Shown: piece by piece, positions 43,965 through 49,639 of the stretch
How the letters are laid out: the number at the start of each line of letters is the position of its first letter
How positions within the stretch are numbered: the first letter of the stretch is position 1
NCBI GenBank assembly: GCA_045632185.1
Contig: JAZQWF010000035.1
Location: forward strand, 1 to 49,639
Source: Eubacteriales bacterium
Lineage (GTDB): Bacteria > Bacillota > Clostridia > Oscillospirales > CAG-272
Length of the DNA: 49,639 nt
Reading direction: 5' to 3'
Notes under the pieces: model-generated
Databases searched by the model: none
What the model saw: the letters and a program-made list of their open reading frames with translations, nothing else
What the model was told of the DNA's origin: nothing
Translations under genes and position numbers: made by a program

Positions 43965-45263
43965 ATGATCTGGTCAAAGGAAGAAACCCTCTCCCGCGCG
44001 GAGATCGAGGCCATTCAGCTGGCACGCTTACAGGAAACCGTTACGCGCGTATACGCGAAGGTTCCCGCTTACCGCGCCAAAATGGACGCCGCGGGTGTAA
44101 AACCCGAGGACGTCAAAACCTTAAAGGATCTGGCAAAGCTGCCCTTCGTCACCAAGCAGGATCTGCGTGACAACTATCCCTTCGGGCTTTTCGCCGTTCC
44201 GAAGGAGGAGCTGGTGCGTATCCACGCTTCCAGCGGCACCACGGGCAAGCCCACCGTTGTCGGCTACACCCAAAACGATATGGATATGTGGACAGAATGT
44301 GTGTCCCGTATCGCCTGCATGGGCGGTGCTACCAAAGAGGACGTTGCACAGATCTGCTTCGGCTACGGTATGTTTACCGGCGCACTTGGTCTGCACTACG
44401 GTCTGGAAAAGATCGGCGCCACCGTTGTTCCCTCCTCTACGGGCAACTCGGAAAAGCAGATCATGTATATGAAGGACTTTGAAACCACCCTGCTTGTCGC
44501 CACCCCCTCTTACGCGCTTCGCCTTGCCGAGGTCGCACGCGAGATGGGTGTTGATCCCGCAAAGGACCTGAAAGTCAAGATCGGTCTTGTCGGCAGCGAG
44601 CTGCTGACCGACGCGATGCGCGAGGAGATGCACAAGTACTGGGGCGAGAATATGCTGATCACCTCTAACTACGGCATGAGCGAGCTTTGCGGTCCCGGCG
44701 TATCCGGCGAGTGCGAGCATCTTTGCGGCATGCACATCAACGAGGACTTCTTCATTCCCGAGATCATCGATCCCGCCACAGGTGAGGTGCTGCCCGCGGG
44801 TGAAAAGGGCGAGCTGGTCATCACCTGCATCAAGAAGGAGGGTATCCCGCTGATCCGTTACCGTACCAAGGACGTGACGCGTCTTTTCTACGAGCCCTGT
44901 AAGTGCGGCCGCACCTTCTGCCGTATGGAGAACCTCTCCGGCCGCAGCGACGACATGTTGAAGGTCCGCGGTGTCAACGTATTCCCCGGCCAGATCGAGG
45001 AGGTCATTCTCAGCTTTGCAGAGCTTGGCCCGCACTACGAGATCGTGGTAGAGCGCGAGGGATATATGGATAAGCTGACCATCCGCGTTGAGCTTTTGCA
45101 CGAAACCGACTCCTTCAAGGAGCTGGAAGCACTGGACAAGGCGATCCGCAACAAGCTGCGCGTGATCCTTGGCCTTGATGCCAAGATCAAGCTGGAATCC
45201 CCCAACACCCTGCAACGCTTTGAGGGTAAGGCAAAACGTATCAAAGATTTAAGGAGCAAATAA
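43965..45263 (+). CDS. paaK: Phenylacetate--CoA ligase
   Basis: RIHASSGTTGKPTVVGYT, YGMFTGALG.HYG, TPSY, YGMSE, IRYRT.D, GRSDDMLKVRGVNVFP. Confidence 0.92.
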   Translation: MIWSKEETLSRAEIEAIQLARLQETVTRVYAKVPAYRAKMDAAGVKPEDVKTLKDLAKLPFVTKQDLRDNYPFGLFAVPKEELVRIHASSGTTGKPTVVGYTQNDMDMWTECVSRIACMGGATKEDVAQICFGYGMFTGALGLHYGLEKIGATVVPSSTGNSEKQIMYMKDFETTLLVATPSYALRLAEVAREMGVDPAKDLKVKIGLVGSELLTDAMREEMHKYWGENMLITSNYGMSELCGPGVSGECEHLCGMHINEDFFIPEIIDPATGEVLPAGEKGELVITCIKKEGIPLIRYRTKDVTRLFYEPCKCGRTFCRMENLSGRSDDMLKVRGVNVFPGQIEEVILSFAELGPHYEIVVEREGYMDKLTIRVELLHETDSFKELEALDKAIRNKLRVILGLDAKIKLESPNTLQRFEGKAKRIKDLRSK

Positions 45264-45265
45264 AG

Positions 45266-47005
45266 ATGAGCGAAAAGAAAATGATGCTGGGCAACGAGGC
45301 GATTGCCCGCGGCGCCTTTGAAGCCGGCGTAAAAGTTTCCAGCGCCTACCCCGGTACGCCCAGTACCGAGATCAGCGAATATCTCGCTGCCTACAATGAG
45401 GTCTACACCGAATGGGCACCCAACGAAAAGGTAGCCGCAGAGGTCGCCATCGGCGCCTCCATCTCCGGCGTACGCTCGCTTTGCTGCATGAAGCACGTCG
45501 GTCTGAACGTGGCGGCTGACCCCCTTTACACCTTTGCTTACACGGGCGTGAACGGCGGCTCTGTGCTTGTGGTTGCCGACGACCCCGGCATGGCCAGCTC
45601 GCAAAACGAGCAGGACACCCGTATGATCGCGCGCGCCGCACACGTACCGGTGCTTGAACCCGCCGACAGCGGCGAGGCCAAGGAGTTCGTGAAGATCGCT
45701 TATGAGCTGAGCGAAAAGTACGACACCCCCGTGATCCTGCGCACCACCACCAAGCTTTCCCACTCCCAGAGTGCCGTAGAGCTTTGCGACCGCGTAGAGG
45801 TTGAGGACAAGCCCTACGCACGCGACATGCGCAAGTACGTCATGATGCCCGCCTGCGCGATCGCACGTCACCCCATCGTGGAGGACCGCGAGAACCGTAT
45901 GGCCGCTGACGCTTGCGAAATGCCCATCAACCGCGTGGAGATGGGTGACACCAAGATCGGCTTTATCACCTGCGGTGTGGCTTACCAGTACGTCAAGGAG
46001 GTCTGCCCCGAGGCAAGCGTCCTCAAACTGGGTCTGACCAATCCCCTGCCCCGCAAGATGATCGAGGAGTTCGCCGCTAAGGTGGACACCCTGTACGTAT
46101 TCGAGGAGTTGGAGCCCGTGATCGAGGAGCAGGTCGCTTCCTGGGGCATCAAGGTCCTTGGCAAGGAGGTCTTCACCCGTCAGGGCGAATACAGCGCAAA
46201 CCTTCTGCGCCGCGTGCTGTTCGGCAAGGACGAGATGGTATTTGACAAGGCAAACGTGCCCGCACGCCCCCCCATTCTCTGCCCCGGCTGCCCCCACAGA
46301 AGCACTTACTCCGTGCTCAATAAATTGAAGATCCACGCCGCAGGCGACATCGGCTGCTACACGCTGGGTGCTGTCGCTCCCCTGAGCGTCATTGACACCA
46401 CCATTTGCATGGGCGCCAGCATTTCCTCGCTCCACGGTATGGAAAAGGCCAAGGGCAAGGACTACATCAAAAACTGGGTCGCCGTGATCGGTGACGGCAC
46501 CTTCCTTCACACGGGTATCAACTCGCTTGTGAACATGGTATACAACAAATCCACCGCAACGGTACTGATCCTGGACAACCGCACCACGGGTATGACGGGT
46601 CACCAGCAGCACGCCGCTACGGGCAAGACCCTCAAAGGAGAGGACACCTACGCCATCGACCTGCCCACGCTCTGCCGCAGCATCGGCGTACCGAACGTGA
46701 TCGAGGTGAACGCATTTGATGTGGTCGAGCTGGAAAAAAAGATCAAGGAAAGCGTTGCAAGCGACGTTCTCACGGTACTGATCGTGAAGGCCCCCTGCGT
46801 GCTGATCAAGGGTCAGAAGTTCCCCAACTTCTGCGCAGTGGACGCAGACGCGTGCCGCAAGTGCGGTATGTGCATGAAGATCGGTTGCCCCGCAATGAGC
46901 CGCGGCGAGGATGGCAAGATCAAGATCGACGCCACCATGTGCAACGGCTGTGGTCTGTGCCGCAATTACTGCAAATTTGGTGCCATTAAGGTATTGGAGA
47001 GATAA
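45266..47005 (+). CDS. iorA: Indolepyruvate:ferredoxin oxidoreductase alpha subunit
   Basis: GNEAIARG, YPGTPSTEI, MKHVGLNVAAD, SSQNEQD, CPGCPHR, GDIGCY, two CxxCxxC clusters. Confidence 0.95.
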   Translation: MSEKKMMLGNEAIARGAFEAGVKVSSAYPGTPSTEISEYLAAYNEVYTEWAPNEKVAAEVAIGASISGVRSLCCMKHVGLNVAADPLYTFAYTGVNGGSVLVVADDPGMASSQNEQDTRMIARAAHVPVLEPADSGEAKEFVKIAYELSEKYDTPVILRTTTKLSHSQSAVELCDRVEVEDKPYARDMRKYVMMPACAIARHPIVEDRENRMAADACEMPINRVEMGDTKIGFITCGVAYQYVKEVCPEASVLKLGLTNPLPRKMIEEFAAKVDTLYVFEELEPVIEEQVASWGIKVLGKEVFTRQGEYSANLLRRVLFGKDEMVFDKANVPARPPILCPGCPHRSTYSVLNKLKIHAAGDIGCYTLGAVAPLSVIDTTICMGASISSLHGMEKAKGKDYIKNWVAVIGDGTFLHTGINSLVNMVYNKSTATVLILDNRTTGMTGHQQHAATGKTLKGEDTYAIDLPTLCRSIGVPNVIEVNAFDVVELEKKIKESVASDVLTVLIVKAPCVLIKGQKFPNFCAVDADACRKCGMCMKIGCPAMSRGEDGKIKIDATMCNGCGLCRNYCKFGAIKVLER

Positions 47006-47008
47006 GCC

Positions 47009-47575
47009 ATGACGAAGAATATTATGATCGTAGGTGTCGGCGGCCAGGGTACGCTGCTGACCAGTAGAATTATCGGCAAGGCCGCGCTGGAAGCGGGCTT
47101 TGACGTCAAGATCTCCGAGGTGCACGGTATGGCACAGCGCGGCGGTAGCGTGGTCACCTTTGTTCGCTTCGGCGAAAAGGTGAGCGAACCCGTTGTTGAG
47201 GAGGGCCAGGCAGACATTGTCATCGCCTTTGAACGCTTGGAGGCACTGCGCTATGCGCATTTCCTCAAAAAGGACGGCGTTCTCGTTGTCAACGATTGCC
47301 GCATCGACCCCATGACCGTTACCATCGGCGCGGGTCAGTATCCCGAAAACATCGTAGAGGATCTTTCTAAGGTCCACACCGTTTATACCATTGACGGCAA
47401 CAAGGCCGCCGCTGAGCTTGGCAATTCCAAGGTGCTCAACTCTGTGGTGCTTGGCCTTGCCGCCAAGAACCTGCCCTTTGCCAAGGAGGCATGGCTGGAA
47501 ACGATCGCAAGCACCGTTCCCCCCAAGACCGTCGCGCTCAATCAAGAGGCATTTTTGAAGGGCTATCAGGCATAA
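47009..47575 (+). CDS. iorB: Indolepyruvate:ferredoxin oxidoreductase beta subunit
   Basis: GVGGQGTL, SEVHGMAQRGGSV, FE.LEALR. Confidence 0.95.
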   Translation: MTKNIMIVGVGGQGTLLTSRIIGKAALEAGFDVKISEVHGMAQRGGSVVTFVRFGEKVSEPVVEEGQADIVIAFERLEALRYAHFLKKDGVLVVNDCRIDPMTVTIGAGQYPENIVEDLSKVHTVYTIDGNKAAAELGNSKVLNSVVLGLAAKNLPFAKEAWLETIASTVPPKTVALNQEAFLKGYQA

Positions 47576-47616
47576 GCCGCTTACCCCAAGTCTGACCAAC
47601 AAAGGAGAATTGCATT

Positions 47617-48048
47617 ATGTCCGCAGCAAAACAGTTATCTGTATTTATCGAAAACAGACACGGCCGCCTTGTTGAGGTGCTGCAAGTGTTGAAGGAAAAC
47701 AACATCAGCATTCTTTCCATGTCCCTGGCTGACACTACCGAGTACGGCCTGCTCCGTCTGATCGTCAACGATCCCGTGACCTGCAAGGCAAAGCTCACTG
47801 ACGCCGGATTTTCCACGATGCTCACCCGCGTGCTTGTCGCAAAGATCACTCACCAGTCGGGCAGTCTGCAAGATCTTCTTCGCATTCTTGCCGACGCCAA
47901 CATCGGTGTAGAGTATATGTACGGCCTTTCCATCGACGGTACCGAGGCATCCGTCGTCATGAAGACCTCTGACCTGGACGCGGCCGAGGACGTGCTTGAA
48001 AACAACGGCATTTCCTTCCTCACCTGTGAAGAAATCGCCAAGATGTAA
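47617..48048 (+). CDS. Double ACT-domain amino acid-binding protein
   Basis: KQLSVFIENR.GRL, SLADTTEYGLLRLIV.D, IGVEYMY. Confidence 0.9.
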   Translation: MSAAKQLSVFIENRHGRLVEVLQVLKENNISILSMSLADTTEYGLLRLIVNDPVTCKAKLTDAGFSTMLTRVLVAKITHQSGSLQDLLRILADANIGVEYMYGLSIDGTEASVVMKTSDLDAAEDVLENNGISFLTCEEIAKM

Positions 48049-48057
48049 GGAGTTATT

Positions 48058-49245
48058 ATGCAGTACAACGAGAAAATGTACGGCCTTGGCAGCAAGCGCT
48101 CGGTGATCCGCGAGATCTTCGAGTATAGCAAAAAGCGTGCCGCCGAGATCGGTCCCGAAAATGTGTTTGATTTCAGCTTGGGCAACCCCAGCGTGGTGCC
48201 GCCCAAGGCGATTTCCGATACCATTATGGCACTTTTGACCAGCGGTGACGCCACGCTTCTGCACGGCTACACCTCCGCACAGGGTGACGCAGGTGTGCGC
48301 GCCGCCGTTGCCGGCAACATCGAAAAGCGCCACGGTGTGAAGATCTCCCCCAACCTGATCTACATGACCTGCGGTGCGGCAGCTTCTCTTACCATTACGC
48401 TGCGTGCCGTGATGAACGAGGGCGAGGAGTGCATCGCGTTTGCCCCCTTCTTTACCGAGTACCGCGTATTCGTCGAGAACGCGGGCGGCAAGCTGGTGGT
48501 GTCCACCCCTATGGCAAAGACCTTCCAGGTCGACCTTGCCGACTTTGAAAGCAAGATCACCGCAAACACCAAGTGCGTGATCGTGAACTCCCCCAACAAC
48601 CCCTCCGGCGTTGTATACTCCGAGGAAACCGTTAAGGGCATTTGCGAGGTCTTGAAGAAGAAGTCCGCCGAATACGGCCACGCGATCTACCTGATCGCGG
48701 ACGAGCCCTACCGTGAGCTGGTTTACGGTGACGTCAACGTCCCCTACCTGATGAACTACTACGAGAACACCTTTGTGTGCTACTCCTGGTCGAAGGCACT
48801 GTCCCTTCCCGGCGAGCGCATCGGCTATATTGCCGTCAATCCCGCCATGCAGGACGCCGAAAAGCTCTACCTCGCCGTTTGCGGCGCAGGCCGCTCGCTC
48901 GGCTTCGTATGCGCGCCTTCTCTTTTCCAGCAGGTGGTCGGTAAAAACATCGACGTCACCGTAGACGTAAACGTATACAAGGAAAACCGCGACCTGCTTG
49001 TGGATAACCTCACAGCTTACGGCTATGAGTGCGTGAAGCCCGACGGCGCGTTCTACCTGTTTGTCAAGGCATTGGAGGAGGACGCTGCCTCGTTCGCCGC
49101 CAAGGCAAAGGCGCACGAGATCCTTGTCGTTCCCTGCGACGACTTCGGCGTGAGCGGCTACGTCCGCATCGCCTATTGCGTGGATAAGGGCCGCATCGAG
49201 CGCGCTCTGCCCGCCTTCAAGGCACTGGCCGAGGAATACAAGTAA
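48058..49245 (+). CDS. PLP-dependent aminotransferase class I/II
   Basis: DFSLGNP, NSPNNPSG, ADEPYREL, SWSKALSLPGERIGY, GAFYLF. Confidence 0.93.
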   Translation: MQYNEKMYGLGSKRSVIREIFEYSKKRAAEIGPENVFDFSLGNPSVVPPKAISDTIMALLTSGDATLLHGYTSAQGDAGVRAAVAGNIEKRHGVKISPNLIYMTCGAAASLTITLRAVMNEGEECIAFAPFFTEYRVFVENAGGKLVVSTPMAKTFQVDLADFESKITANTKCVIVNSPNNPSGVVYSEETVKGICEVLKKKSAEYGHAIYLIADEPYRELVYGDVNVPYLMNYYENTFVCYSWSKALSLPGERIGYIAVNPAMQDAEKLYLAVCGAGRSLGFVCAPSLFQQVVGKNIDVTVDVNVYKENRDLLVDNLTAYGYECVKPDGAFYLFVKALEEDAASFAAKAKAHEILVVPCDDFGVSGYVRIAYCVDKGRIERALPAFKALAEEYK

Positions 49246-49250
49246 GATAA

Positions 49251-49290
49251 GGGGAAGGCGCTTTTTAAGGAAAAGCGCCTTCCCCTCTTT
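49251..49290 (+). terminator. Intrinsic terminator
   Basis: GGGGAAGGCGCTTTT-loop-AAAAGCGCCTTCCCC followed by a T-rich tail. Confidence 0.8.
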
Positions 49291-49442
49291 CTTTTTGCCG
49301 ATGCAAAAAGAAATTCACCCATCCGCGCACTTGCAGAAGGCAAGTGTCGTGCTCGCCTTGGCGAGGACAAAAAACCTTTTTGAAAAAAGGAGCTTATCTC
49401 GCCGGAATGACAACAAAACTCATACCGTTAGGGCATTAAATA

Positions 49443-49473
49443 GCAAAAAGCACCGCGAAAGCGGTGCTTTTTG
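49443..49473. terminator. Hairpin / bidirectional terminator
   Basis: GCAAAAAGCACCGC-GAAA-GCGGTGCTTTTTGC. Confidence 0.7.
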
Positions 49474-49639
49474 CTTGAGAACGAGCGGGGGGTAAAACAG
49501 GTCTTACACATATAATAACTACCCCACCACCGCAAGCGGTCCCCCGCCCCTCTCAAGGGGCGGACAAGAAACGCGGCAGCGCAAATTCGTGCGTAGATGG
49601 CGTGGGCGCGAGCGAAGGTGTAGACCACTACTCCGAGCG

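Overview
Chromosomal segment of a GC-rich, spore-forming anaerobic Clostridia-class bacterium (spoVT, CotF-like genes, forespore-sigma-like promoters). It carries about 50 mostly housekeeping or metabolic genes: trkAH, hpt, plsY, rlmD, nagA and ROK amino-sugar genes, a GH78 rhamnosidase, tandem M20 amidohydrolases, nfnAB, and paaK-iorAB-ACT-aminotransferase. I found no rRNA, tRNA, CRISPR array or intact mobile element. The most unusual locus (32035-39823) is an Rnf-derived operon: two-repeat FMN-binding-like lipoprotein, apbE, rnfC, rnfD, double-domain rnfG, rnfE*, rnfA*, NusG-domain-II gene, Gx-transporter gene. It has no rnfB, and RnfA and RnfE have lost all four Cys that ligate the intramembrane Fe-S centre, which suggests a one-way NAD(P)H-to-cell-surface flavin electron conduit rather than a canonical Rnf. 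Other candidates are an AraC-linked glycyl radical enzyme with an atypical GCWA Cys loop, an AT-rich Mini-III-like RNase next to rlmD and an elaA remnant, a structured ncRNA candidate at 42646-42877, and a ~137-bp hairpin-bearing tandem repeat. All assignments come from motif recognition by eye; no searches were run.
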